Numbered from the stretch's first letter, positions 38,465 to 48,283 are shown. The stretch: DNA of 64,000 nucleotides from Candidatus Bathyarchaeum sp. (GCA_020344315.1 CP070820.1:237763-301762), one strand, 5' to 3'. The notes: generated by a model not told the origin, from the sequence alone. Numbers and translations are program-made.

Positions 38465-39547
38465 TCAGTTTTTGATGACCTTTACGGTTTGTTCGTAGTA
38501 GCGAGGACCATAAGTTAGCGTGATTTGATGGAACACCTTGGTTCGGGTAACTACTTTTTCAAGATTTCCCTCAACCAGAACCTGCTCACCCCGTTTCGCC
38601 TGCATCCTGAACTCCTCCATATACGAGAATATCCGCTTAATCTCGTCAACTTTCGGTCCTTCTATGACATCGCGAACCTCAATCTGGTAAATCGATGGAA
38701 TAAATGGAGCATCGGCATCGTCACTTATCTCGGCTACTGCCTTGATCCAGCCTACATTGATTATCCGCGTATCCTTGTTGTATTCATTGCAGATTTCATT
38801 CCACTCCTTCACTGGCTCAAACTCTGCCTTAACAACTCTCCTTCCAGCTTTAGGTTTGAAAAGACTGTAGATCATTTTTCTTTGTTGATGCCAAAGATAC
38901 TCTCTCGGACTGTAATTCACGAACTGCCAATTCTTTCCCTGAATAGCCTTTTTGCTAGAAAACTCATTTCGCAGAGAGTCGTCTTCCAGATAAAGGTCCT
39001 CTAACGTCCCACAAAGTTTTTTCAGTTTTTTTCTGCTGTAAACGATGAGGTCCAAGTCTGAAAAGTTGGGGTGATAGAAACCGTGAAGGAGAGACCCGAA
39101 GACTCCGAAATCTATTTCCGATAATCCTGACTTGGATGAAACCAGTGCAAAGAGGTCCTCTAACGCTCTGTGAAGAGCGTCCTCAGGTTCTTTTGCAATC
39201 TGCTTTCGCAATCCGACGTCTGGTTTCCGGGCTTCCATTATATCTTCTTCATTTACTCCCACTAGACATTTCTGCAAGGGTTCATGAAAAATTGTGTATT
39301 GTGGATATTTTTCGCGAACTAAGTTTAGTCCCTCGTCTGCGAAGAATTTGTAGTAGAGTGGTTGTTTTTTTCCTCTACGAGCTCTGGGGTTCGGGGACTG
39401 GAAGATGTTTGCTGACGCGTATTCTGGGTCACAGACATAAGCGTTAGAAGGGTGGATGTAGCCGTAAACCCGAAAAATTATCCCGTCCTCAGTAACTATA
39501 GCGTCACGGTCTCTAAGCTTCAACAACTTATTCGTCTCCACAATCAA
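38465..39547 (-). CDS. COG1665-like Pol-beta-superfamily nucleotidyltransferase (paralog 1)
   Basis: RDRD..., F.V.GY.HP, GVFGS.L.G....SDLDL.VY and PSIY motifs; OB-like C-terminus. Confidence 0.8.
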   Translation of the reverse strand: MIVETNKLLKLRDRDAIVTEDGIIFRVYGYIHPSNAYVCDPEYASANIFQSPNPRARRGKKQPLYYKFFADEGLNLVREKYPQYTIFHEPLQKCLVGVNEEDIMEARKPDVGLRKQIAKEPEDALHRALEDLFALVSSKSGLSEIDFGVFGSLLHGFYHPNFSDLDLIVYSRKKLKKLCGTLEDLYLEDDSLRNEFSSKKAIQGKNWQFVNYSPREYLWHQQRKMIYSLFKPKAGRRVVKAEFEPVKEWNEICNEYNKDTRIINVGWIKAVAEISDDADAPFIPSIYQIEVRDVIEGPKVDEIKRIFSYMEEFRMQAKRGEQVLVEGNLEKVVTRTKVFHQITLTYGPRYYEQTVKVIKN

Positions 39548-40584
39548 CGTAAAAGGGGTTCAATATACTCTTTCTCGCGTGTGGCAGTTCCCACCACAAC
39601 CTGATGGTATGCTTCGCCTGTTTCAACGTTTTCTACACATTCCAGCGTTCCCGAAACCTTGATGCCTTCTCTCTGACGAGCCACATTTCTGTAGTATCCA
39701 ATCATCGAGAGAACCTTTGTTGGAACTTGCTCTTCCGTAAGTTCTGACGCTGGGTCGTCTGGTTGGTAGTTCCTGATCTGGTAGATTGCAGGTCTAAACA
39801 TGTTCTCGCTGTCATCAACAACCATGCAACTGAATGTGACATTCTTAATGGGCATATATCTGAATCGTCCATACTGGGCATTGATCTCCTCAGGCTTTCT
39901 CACCGCATTATACACGAAACGCCTATCTTCATAGCGTCCACGATGCTTCCTTGCCCTATCAATCTTCTTAGTGAAAACATACTTCAACCGGCCTTCCCCA
40001 ACAAGCCTATCAACAGTTCTCTCTAATTTCCTGAAGTTCTGAGAACCGTAAACCACAAGGTCAATGTCAGAATATACTGAATGCATATTTAGCCCAACAG
40101 ACCCGTGGATTCCGAAATCTTCGAGGGCCACCTGCGATTCGTTGGAGAGAAGCGAGACAAGCTCAACAGCTTCTTTTTGCAGCCTATCTTTCTTATCTCT
40201 TTTGACGAGCTTCTGTAGACACTCGTTTGGCAGATAAACTCTTTCTATATTTTCATATGGAACGCTCAAAACTTCCTTGTTCAGATATGGACAAGAATAC
40301 AGGTAATTAGGAAATCTGCGTCGAAAAGTTTCCGAGAACGTTTGATAGTTCTTGGCTGTGTAGAGTTTCTCTGGTCTGGCTAGTTCTATGTTTCCAAGTT
40401 TCCACTTCTGTCTGAGAAAACGTATTGGAAAAATGGACTTCAAGTTGGAGGGAATGTATTTCAGAAAAGCGAATACGCGATTGTCCGGATGCTTATACCC
40501 AAAAACGTAGAAGATATGGCTCTCTCTCGTGAGAAGGGTTTCTCCGTCTCTAGGAATCCAATCTTTTGCATCCAAATTGTCCAT
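39544..40584 (-). CDS. COG1665-like nucleotidyltransferase (paralog 2)
   Basis: F.V.GY.HP, LKY.P, GIHGS......SDIDLVVYG, PAIY and G.LE.V motifs; stop overlaps the paralog 1 start. Confidence 0.8.
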   Translation of the reverse strand: MDNLDAKDWIPRDGETLLTRESHIFYVFGYKHPDNRVFAFLKYIPSNLKSIFPIRFLRQKWKLGNIELARPEKLYTAKNYQTFSETFRRRFPNYLYSCPYLNKEVLSVPYENIERVYLPNECLQKLVKRDKKDRLQKEAVELVSLLSNESQVALEDFGIHGSVGLNMHSVYSDIDLVVYGSQNFRKLERTVDRLVGEGRLKYVFTKKIDRARKHRGRYEDRRFVYNAVRKPEEINAQYGRFRYMPIKNVTFSCMVVDDSENMFRPAIYQIRNYQPDDPASELTEEQVPTKVLSMIGYYRNVARQREGIKVSGTLECVENVETGEAYHQVVVGTATREKEYIEPLLR

Positions 40585-40793
40585 CTCCACGGTGAAATGA
40601 AGTAACTTCGATGAGTATATTCCTCTCCCAATCTTCCATCCCTTATTATCTTTAAGTTTTCCTGAATGAACATTAAAAATAGACAATTACGTTCCCAGAT
40701 TGACAACTTGACAAAGGGCTGTTTCTGGAAAGGAAGAGAGGTAACTGTTAATAGAAATCTCGACTAATTGAAATTTGCTGTGGAGGAACGCAG

Positions 40794-41498
40794 ATGGAGA
40801 ATCAATCGGGTTGGAAGGCGAAAATAGCATTCTTTTGTTATCTTGCATTGGCTGGCGGAATTCTTCTGGGGGGAATTATTGTGGCTTTCATTTTGCTTGG
40901 CATGGGACTCGACTATCAAGAATTGACTTTTCCAATTGCTCTCATATCTCTTCCAATCAATGAAGGCATAATCCTCGGAATCACACTAATATTTGCTAAA
41001 CATAAAGGTGCGAGTTTGAAAGATCTGGGTTTGAAAAAGCCAAAACTCAACATCCTGTTGCTTGTATCGGTTGCTGCAGTGTTCCTTATTCTGCTTGCTG
41101 TCACCATTTCTGTCATTGAAGAATTTATTCTTGGTCCAGACCCGATGGCGGAAGACCTTGTGCAGGTTCTGCTGCCTCGTAACTTGCTTCAACTGGTTGC
41201 CATAGTTGGTCTCTCACTGGCTCTAGTTGGGCCAGCTGAAGAATTAGCTTTTAGAGGTTTCGTTCAGAGAGGGTTCGAAAATTCGTTTGGGAAAGCAGGG
41301 GGATTGTTGATTGCCTCGATCTTATTTGGGCTCTTGCATGGACTCAATTCTTTGCGTGCTATAATTCCCGTATTTGTTGTTAGTTTGGTTTTGGGTTATA
41401 TATGGCAGAAAACTGATGGAAATACCACCACCACAGCTTGGATGCATGGACTGTACGATGCAATAACCATATCAATAGCCTATTTTGCTTCTGTCTAA
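40794..41498 (+). CDS. CPBP/Abi (CAAX type II) intramembrane metalloprotease
   Basis: EELAFRG, FG.LH and H..YD motifs. Confidence 0.9.
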   Translation: MENQSGWKAKIAFFCYLALAGGILLGGIIVAFILLGMGLDYQELTFPIALISLPINEGIILGITLIFAKHKGASLKDLGLKKPKLNILLLVSVAAVFLILLAVTISVIEEFILGPDPMAEDLVQVLLPRNLLQLVAIVGLSLALVGPAEELAFRGFVQRGFENSFGKAGGLLIASILFGLLHGLNSLRAIIPVFVVSLVLGYIWQKTDGNTTTTAWMHGLYDAITISIAYFASV

Positions 41499-41536
41499 AG
41501 ACCAAATATAATAATTGCCTTAGGGCTAATGAGAGT

Positions 41537-42583
41537 ATGCAAGGTTTCAGGGACCGGGATTTCCTTCAAACCAACGAAGGATTTTTCTTCTGTGTAGTTG
41601 GACCATTGCACCCACCAAAACGAGTCATCTCCTACCTTAAATATGTCCCATCAGAATCCGGAGTCTGGGGAAAAGGCGAAAAAAAATTCAGCCGAATATT
41701 ACAGAAATATACGATTCCAAACCTGCTGAAAACCTTCAATTTTCTAGAGCGAAACTATCCTCATTACCTGTTTCATTCCCACGTAGACAACATTACGCTA
41801 ACCGCTGTTCCCCACAAGAACATAGAAACGCATTTCAAACCAGAACCAAAACTTTCTCAACTGAGACTAGCTTCACAGTCAGATTCGCTGCAGAGAAAAC
41901 TGATTAGATTCACAAAGTTTTTGGAGGAGATAAGTGGTGTGCCAAGCGGCTCTTTCGGGGTAACCGGCTCTCTTCTTCTCGATATTCATCAACCCACATT
42001 TTCGGATCTCGACATAACAGTATATGGCATAAAGAACAGCTGGGCACTAAGAAATACCTTAACCGAAAACCGCAACTCTGAAATGCCTATTAAACGTGTC
42101 GTGGGAAAACCTCTTGAATGGTGGTGTGCCAAGAAATCTAGGCAATATCCGTTGACGGCTGCGGAAGCATCGAAGATATATGAACGGAAGTGGAACCTCG
42201 GATTTTTTGAGGATACATGGTTCTCTATTCATCCAGTTAAGCTGGAAAGCGAGGTTGCGGAAAGATATGGACAAAAGATTCACTATCCCTGTAGTCAAGT
42301 AACGATCCGCGCGGTTGTATGCAACAATAGAGACTCGCTGTTTCTTCCCGCAATCTATCAACTAGAAGAAGTGAATGTTATGGAGGGTCCTCGGTTAGGG
42401 AAGATAACTGAGGTGGTTTCTTACGAGAGTCTCTATGACAGTCTAGCTGAAACCGGCGACGTAATCATAGCTATGGGCAAACTTGAGCGTGTCTTGGACA
42501 AGGGAACCAGCCGAGAATCGTACCGTGTCTTGGTTGGTTCTCCTGAAGGCAAAGGTAAAGAATACATAAAATTGCAGGATTAG
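41537..42583 (+). CDS. COG1665-like nucleotidyltransferase (paralog 3)
   Basis: RDRDF, V.G..HP, LKY.P, GVTGS.LL......SDLDI.VYG, PAIY and GKLERV motifs. Confidence 0.8.
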   Translation: MQGFRDRDFLQTNEGFFFCVVGPLHPPKRVISYLKYVPSESGVWGKGEKKFSRILQKYTIPNLLKTFNFLERNYPHYLFHSHVDNITLTAVPHKNIETHFKPEPKLSQLRLASQSDSLQRKLIRFTKFLEEISGVPSGSFGVTGSLLLDIHQPTFSDLDITVYGIKNSWALRNTLTENRNSEMPIKRVVGKPLEWWCAKKSRQYPLTAAEASKIYERKWNLGFFEDTWFSIHPVKLESEVAERYGQKIHYPCSQVTIRAVVCNNRDSLFLPAIYQLEEVNVMEGPRLGKITEVVSYESLYDSLAETGDVIIAMGKLERVLDKGTSRESYRVLVGSPEGKGKEYIKLQD

Positions 42584-42594
42584 CCTCTGGCGGG

Positions 42595-43560
42595 CTACTC
42601 CAGCTCCAGTATCTCTTTTAGATAAGCTCGGAACGGACCAAGCTTGCCTCCGTAGTTTCCAGCTGTAATCTTTACAACGCCTGGAACTTTAACTGCCGCC
42701 TTTATTCCTTCAGCCATAGCCTTTTTCACAACCTTCTGGTTCAAGCCATTTATCACTATCTCGTAGACACTTTCAACGTCCTCAGGAACCACGGTGTCTG
42801 GTACAAGCTTCTTCACTGTCGGACAGTACGGATGATTGGTGGATGCGGGAAGCTTGTAATTCACGGATCCAACCTTAGAGCCTGATCCGCAGATCCCGCC
42901 TGGGAAGGGCATGATTACCCCCCGAACATTCTTGCTAATTGCCGCTTTAGCATCCTCTGACGCTTTGAGACCGGCCTTCCAGTCTTTCGCCAAGATTATG
43001 ATGTTTCCGCTGGCAACAGCCTTCATGGCGCCGAAGTTGTCTTCAACCATGAATTCGCCTTCCATGATTGGGATGCGCCAAACTTTCCTTCCCGCAATCT
43101 CGTCGCTCTTCTGGAAGCCGTCGGCGAAGAGGCGCAGGCTTCTTCCCACTTTCAGTCTTCTTTTTGCCTTAGGTAGAGCGTCGAAGGCTGCTGTGGTTGG
43201 GCATGTCATGATGCTTTGTCCGATTCTCAGGCTCATCTGGGCCTTGAGACCGCTCCTTGTTGTGTGGTAGATTTGGATAATTGCTCCTGGGCGTCCATCC
43301 GGGGTTTCTTTGGGCGACACTGTGCCTTCTAATGCCGCTTCTGCTGGTGACATAATAATTGAGGATGCAAATCCAGTTGCGGTTCTTGCCGCAATTAAAG
43401 CCCACTTCTCATTGGCAGCAGTTATCAATATCCTGCCTGCCCACATGGGGAACATTTCAGCGAATGTATCATCTATTATTGTTCCAGTTTTTAGAATGTA
43501 TCCCCTTTCGTCTTTTTTGACTACAGGGATACCGGCTACTTCTCCTAACTTGGTTGCCAT
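42595..43560 (-). CDS. ftr: Formylmethanofuran:H4MPT formyltransferase (start uncertain)
   Basis: IDDTFAE.F, TPDGRPG, RIGQ...TCPT, PFPGG..SGSKVGS, ASTN..YCPT and AGNYGGKLG motifs. Confidence 0.95.
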   Translation of the reverse strand: MATKLGEVAGIPVVKKDERGYILKTGTIIDDTFAEMFPMWAGRILITAANEKWALIAARTATGFASSIIMSPAEAALEGTVSPKETPDGRPGAIIQIYHTTRSGLKAQMSLRIGQSIMTCPTTAAFDALPKAKRRLKVGRSLRLFADGFQKSDEIAGRKVWRIPIMEGEFMVEDNFGAMKAVASGNIIILAKDWKAGLKASEDAKAAISKNVRGVIMPFPGGICGSGSKVGSVNYKLPASTNHPYCPTVKKLVPDTVVPEDVESVYEIVINGLNQKVVKKAMAEGIKAAVKVPGVVKITAGNYGGKLGPFRAYLKEILELE

Positions 43561-43778
43561 AGTTTCTTCTTCCTGAACAGTTTATAGGTTGTTTCTCCGA
43601 TTTTGGTATCTGTCACATATTCAAAGCCTTGCTCTATAAGTTTTTTCATCTCATCAAGGTTCATGATGGTTGCTGCGTGCCACTCGTCGCTTTCAAAGTT
43701 GAGTAAATAAGTGTAGAGTTCGATGGCTTCGAGTTTCTTATTCTCTAAAAATCTTTTGACGTGAAATATGTCTATGGG
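43545..43778 (-). pseudogene. C-terminal remnant of a tyrosine recombinase/integrase
   Basis: Startless frame DIFHVKRFLENKKLEAIELYTYLLNFESDEW...LIEQGFEYV...KLFRKKK; box II-like with LGH replaced by LEN and the Tyr retained. Confidence 0.7.
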
Positions 43779-43789
43779 TTAATAGTTGC

Positions 43790-44379
43790 TTATCTGGGAT
43801 TACTCCATGCATAATGAACGTAAATTTCGTAATAGGCTATGTCTCTGCTTTCGGTTGCTAAAGGTATCTCAACAGTTCTTGTTTTATTAACTCCTAATTT
43901 GAACACGTAACCAATCATTCCTTTACGGGCATCAGTGTTTACGGATGGGATTTCAGTTCCATTCTCACAGAATACATTGGCATCTAAAGAAACATAAGAA
44001 TAACTTTCGTTGGTGAAAACATCGTTACAAACCCTAGAATTCTCTGGGGGATAATCGTTTCTAACTGTTGCATTTATTATGAACATGGGGTCGCCTGTTT
44101 TAACGACAGGGTTTATAGGCTCTACACCGGGTGGTGGCGGTTCATAAATATAGGCTATAATTGTATCGTTTTCTCTCCAAAAACTATAGCTTGCAGAAGC
44201 ATTAACCAAAAAAATCTTCGTTACGACTCCGTCAGCACTAGTGAGCTAATCGGGGGTAACTGGCTTAACATTCGTAGCTAACCAATCCTCCTTAGACCCC
44301 GAAGCAAGATACCAAACAACTCCAACAACAGACAACAAAACAACCAAAACAATCAAAAAAAAACAATAAACTTATTCAA
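43790..44379 (-). pseudogene. Membrane-anchored extracellular protein, disrupted
   Basis: ORF 43790-44209 extends upstream through a TAG into a TM segment (LIVLVVLLSVVGVVWYL) that is itself frameshifted at a T9 run. Confidence 0.6.
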
Positions 44380-44461
44380 TCTTGACAATCACAACACCCC
44401 TTGAGACATCTCTTATTCAGTTCATCATATTATTTGTTTTTTAACAAGAAATACCTTTTGT

Positions 44462-44600
44462 TTTCTCCTTTGCGTAGTGCCGAAAGCAGACATGGAGTCA
44501 ATTGAGAATTTTGGAGATGGATACAAACGTTACTTACAAAAGGTGTCGAGCATGAATCATAATGGGCTTAATTAGATTGATCAGGTTAGAAAAAGTTCTA
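44462..44600 (+). pseudogene. C-terminal remnant of an ICMT/PEMT-family gene
   Basis: KADMESIENFGDGYKRYLQKVSSMN matches EERNLIVKFGDDYRHYMQRVPSMN of 26181-26681. Confidence 0.6.
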
Positions 44601-44705
44601 AGTCTAGGTAAATCGGGTTTTTCGGAAGTGCTTATTCCTAAAGGAATAATTTTACCAGTAAAAAATTAATATTTGACACTCATTAGTTTGGTTTGGGGGT
44701 AGACC

Positions 44706-44882
44706 ATCCTCTCAGATAGGAATGAAAAAATTAAATTCGAAATAGAAATGATGGAAAAGGAGATTCTTTACTTCAAAGGCGAGAAACGGACAAGTGAAAA
44801 AAGGGCATATAACAGACTTTTACTAGTCTGTGGAAACAAATGTGGATTAGACAAACCAATCTATCTCAAAAGGTTTGAGTAA
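44706..44882 (+). CDS. Small basic CxxxC protein, copy 3 of 3 (absent from the ORF track)
   Basis: ILSDRNEKIKFEIEMMEKEILYFKGEKRTSEKRAYNRLLLVCGNKCGLDKPIYLKRFE*; ATC at the RBS-spaced position, first ATG at 44748. Confidence 0.65.
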   Translation: MLSDRNEKIKFEIEMMEKEILYFKGEKRTSEKRAYNRLLLVCGNKCGLDKPIYLKRFE

Positions 44883-44908
44883 TCGGATGCCCCATCTCTT
44901 TTTTTTAT

Positions 44909-45217
44909 TTAGATATTAATCATTTCTTCTTCATGGACTTTCTTTTCTAATTCGTCCCAGGTGATCACTTCGAAGCATATCTGGCTTTCCGTCTTGCGTA
45001 TATATGGAGATTTTCTCATCTCCATAATTCTTCGATCTACATCTTTCATTTTTCCATTGAACGCAATAATGAAATCATAAGATCCGTGAACAAAATCCAA
45101 CCGTTCCACTTTAGAGTCTAAGATCAACCCTTTAGACAATAGTTCCTCAGCGAACTCTCTCTCTTTCCCTGGTTGAAGCTCAATGAGTACATAGACACGG
45201 ATATCTTCAGAACTCAT
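44909..45217 (-). CDS. Stand-alone Lrp/AsnC ligand-binding (RAM) domain protein
   Basis: YVLIE..PGKE, V.GSYD.I and I.KTE motifs; no HTH. Confidence 0.75.
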   Translation of the reverse strand: MSSEDIRVYVLIELQPGKEREFAEELLSKGLILDSKVERLDFVHGSYDFIIAFNGKMKDVDRRIMEMRKSPYIRKTESQICFEVITWDELEKKVHEEEMINI

Positions 45218-45283
45218 AATTACTATTCTCATCAAGTACCGCATATTATTTCTCGTGTGCACCAACATTTACACGTGTAACAA

Positions 45284-45575
45284 GTCACACCAGATATTAC
45301 CAATTAATATCGTCTAAAAATGTAATTTTTCGGGTTCTAAATAGTAGTTACCTAAATTGTAACTCATTTCCACAAAAAATGAGGAGAAAGTCACTAAGAC
45401 ACATGACCTAAAGTGTCAAGATTAAAGTGATAGGTGAACGATTTGTTAATTGAACACTTGTAAAATAGACGTTTTGCTGCTTTCATTGTGGAAATAAGTC
45501 ACAATTTGTGTTACTCACAATCCAATACGTAAAACATTGTTATAACCATGCTAATCGGTAACACTTCATGTGACT
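45284..45575. promoter_or_regulatory. Array of GTNAC-N7-GTNAC palindromic operators
   Basis: Sites at 45347-45363, 45498-45514 and 45558-45574, plus a near-match at 45284-45300. Confidence 0.6.
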
Positions 45576-45687
45576 CTTTCCTAAATTATCTCCTATATCT
45601 AACCCTAAATCTTACCTCCCACCACACAATAACTAATTCATAATAACAAATTTACGCAGGACCAGAAATGCTAAAACGGAGTGATTC

Positions 45688-45906
45688 ATGATGATGAAAT
45701 GCCCCTTCGGATGCAGTCACCATACTTTTCCGAACCACTTCAATTTTTGTCCTTATTGCGGATCAAAATTAGAAAATGAACCCAACAGAATAGGTGTGCA
45801 CACAAAGAATGTTTCAAAATACGAGAATCATGGAAAGAAACACGGGTGCAAAAAAGACCTCGGTGAGCCATTCCCTGAACTAACAGCTTTATTGAAAGGA
45901 GACTAG
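45688..45906 (+). CDS. Small Zn-ribbon protein
   Basis: CP..C.H...FCPYCG; GGAGTGA RBS; first gene of the operon. Confidence 0.65.
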   Translation: MMMKCPFGCSHHTFPNHFNFCPYCGSKLENEPNRIGVHTKNVSKYENHGKKHGCKKDLGEPFPELTALLKGD

Positions 45907-45908
45907 AA

Positions 45909-46715
45909 ATGCAGATCTTAAAGAAATCGGCAGAAAATGAAAGGAAATTTGTTGCAGCCGATCTAGAGAAATGTACTGGTTGTGGAGTCTGTGAGCTCAT
46001 ATGCGCATTAAAAAGAGAAAACGTGTACAATCCTCGCTGCTCAAGAATAAAGATACTTCGACTGTATCGGCTCATTAACATGGCAGTAGTATGTAGGCTA
46101 TGCGAAAACACCCCATGCGTAATTGCTTGTCCCCAAGACTGTCTCACTCAATCTGAGAAGACCGGCGTTATAATGGTAAATGAAGAAAAGTGCGACTGCT
46201 GCGGATGGTGCATAGAAGCCTGTCCTTATGGTGCCATTACTCTGAACCCAGAAAAAGAAACAGTAATGATATGCGATCTCTGTGACGGCGACCCACAATG
46301 CGTTGAATGGTGCCCAGAAGGAGCCTTGGATATAGTTACACAAAAAGAGTTTGATAAAAACCTTCGAAAAACCACAGTAAACAAGCTGATTAAAGAAAAC
46401 TTGAGACTATCAGAAGCTGCAAACGATTTATCACACATTGAAAATGAACCAGCGAAAAAAAATGGCGTCCTCCAAGAGTTCCACGAGAAACCAAAAATAG
46501 AAAAATCATTAAACCTTCTCCTTGAGGCCTTTTCTGAACCCAACCCAATAGAGATTCTCATCTATGGCATGTTTGTAAAAAAGAATCTGGCCTCATTAGT
46601 CCCCAGATCGAGAGCAAAAATCGAAAAAACCTTGAAATGGCTAGACGAAGCCATCAAACTTGCCGAGAAAAACAGGCTCACAGAAGCATCGACAGCCAGT
46701 TACTCCGCTGGGTGA
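45909..46715 (+). CDS. 4x[4Fe-4S] electron-transfer subunit (CooF/HydN/DmsB-like) with C-terminal extension
   Basis: CTGCGVCELIC, CRLCE.TPC..ACP, CDCCGWCIEACP and CDLC....CVEWCP. Confidence 0.85.
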   Translation: MQILKKSAENERKFVAADLEKCTGCGVCELICALKRENVYNPRCSRIKILRLYRLINMAVVCRLCENTPCVIACPQDCLTQSEKTGVIMVNEEKCDCCGWCIEACPYGAITLNPEKETVMICDLCDGDPQCVEWCPEGALDIVTQKEFDKNLRKTTVNKLIKENLRLSEAANDLSHIENEPAKKNGVLQEFHEKPKIEKSLNLLLEAFSEPNPIEILIYGMFVKKNLASLVPRSRAKIEKTLKWLDEAIKLAEKNRLTEASTASYSAG

Positions 46716-46753
46716 GCACCAAGAAATTCTATAGCAAAAAGGATGGAAAGAAC

Positions 46754-48283
46754 ATGTTGGTCCCGACTAGCGCGCAGAAATTGAAAATAATTACAGACAA
46801 GTTGCAAAAAAGCGAAAAAACTCTAAGTCTAGAGACAGTCCTAAATAAGATTCTCGACTTTGAAAAACTGAAGAACTGCTACGGATGCGGCATTTGTACT
46901 GCAAGTTGTCCAGTTGCAAAATTACTCCCAGAACATTACAATCCGAGGACATTACTTCAAAGTCTACCTACAGGCGATGAAAAAATCCTAAAATCAGCCG
47001 AATTATGGCTGTGTGCTTGGTGTTACCGTTGTTATAGACGGTGCCCACAAAGCCTAAACCTCCCCGAAATTTTTCAAGCCCTCAGAAGATTTGCTGTCGA
47101 ATGCGGCTACATGGAAGGATTTCACAAAGCTTTGGAAATAGTTAGAGATAGACTTCCACTCCTAGGTTCATGCTGCTATGTCGGTTTTCATCCAGAACGT
47201 GTAATAACCAACAAACAATTAATCAAGGAGGCTATTCAACACACTATTTTCACCTATAAAGCTGTAAAAAGGAAAGCGCAACCCATCACTCCAGCGTATC
47301 GAGACAAAGTCGCAATCATCGGCTCAGGTCCTGCCGGACTTTCGGCAGCTCACGATCTTGCCAAAAAGGGATATTCTGTAACGATCTTCGAGGCATTATC
47401 CTCAGCTGGCGGGATGCTAAGAAGATGCATTCCAGAATATCGACTTCCTAAGAAAATTGTTGATTTTGACATTATGTGCATAAAAGATTTAGGAGTTGAA
47501 ATTAAGACCAACATGGCTATTGGCGGAAACCTAAAGGTAAACAAGCTTCTTGAAGGAGGATACGATGCCATATTCGTAGCTACAGGCGCTCATGAAGAAC
47601 AAAATGGCAGAATTGAAGGCGAAGAACTAAACGGTGTCTTTCATGCCCTTGAGTTTCTGGAAAAAGCTAATATGAAAGAAGTCGAGTTGCCAAATAAGGT
47701 CTCAATAATTGGCGGAGGCAACGTTGCTGTTGATTCAGCCAGAACTGCCCTGAGACTTGGAGCCAAAGAAGCCACTATCTTATACAGAAGGTCCAAAGGG
47801 GAGATGCCCGCGAGCCCTTGGGAAATTAAAGAAGCTGAAGAAGAAGGAGTAAAAATCGAATTCTTGGTTGCTCCTAAAAGAATTTTAGGCGAAAATGATA
47901 AGGTAACTGCAATTGAATGTGCGCAAATGGAGCTAGGCAAGCCTGATGCAACTGGTCGTAGACATCCAGTTCCAATTCAAGGTTCCGATTTCGTAATAAA
48001 AACTGACAGCGTAATCATAGCAATAGGTCAATTTCCCAATACAGGTTTTCTTCCAGAAATAATTGAGATCACAAAACAGAGAACAATAGCAACAGACCCA
48101 TTTACCTTAGAGACAAGTTCGCCTAGCATCTTTGCTGGAGGAGACGCGGTATTAGGGTCAGGAACCCTTATGGAAGCCATACTAGCTGGAAAACAAGCAG
48201 CATTCTCCATAGACTGTTACCTGAAAGGGGTCACGCTGGGCCCTCTTAAGTTTGCTGAAAGAACTTTTGGGGGGAGAAAATGA
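46754..48283 (+). CDS. HdrC-like 2x[4Fe-4S] domain fused to a GltD/NfnB-like FAD/NAD(P)H oxidoreductase
   Basis: CYGCGICTASCP and LWLCAWCYRCYRRCP, then GSGPAG, IPEYRLP, GGGNVA, YRR and FAGGD. Confidence 0.8.
   Translation: MLVPTSAQKLKIITDKLQKSEKTLSLETVLNKILDFEKLKNCYGCGICTASCPVAKLLPEHYNPRTLLQSLPTGDEKILKSAELWLCAWCYRCYRRCPQSLNLPEIFQALRRFAVECGYMEGFHKALEIVRDRLPLLGSCCYVGFHPERVITNKQLIKEAIQHTIFTYKAVKRKAQPITPAYRDKVAIIGSGPAGLSAAHDLAKKGYSVTIFEALSSAGGMLRRCIPEYRLPKKIVDFDIMCIKDLGVEIKTNMAIGGNLKVNKLLEGGYDAIFVATGAHEEQNGRIEGEELNGVFHALEFLEKANMKEVELPNKVSIIGGGNVAVDSARTALRLGAKEATILYRRSKGEMPASPWEIKEAEEEGVKIEFLVAPKRILGENDKVTAIECAQMELGKPDATGRRHPVPIQGSDFVIKTDSVIIAIGQFPNTGFLPEIIEITKQRTIATDPFTLETSSPSIFAGGDAVLGSGTLMEAILAGKQAAFSIDCYLKGVTLGPLKFAERTFGGRK

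Noticed and set aside
44240-44260. Pyrrolysine read-through of the in-frame TAG
   Set aside because: The same gene has a separate frameshift, its neighbours are decayed and there are no pyl genes in the window, so pseudogenisation is simpler.
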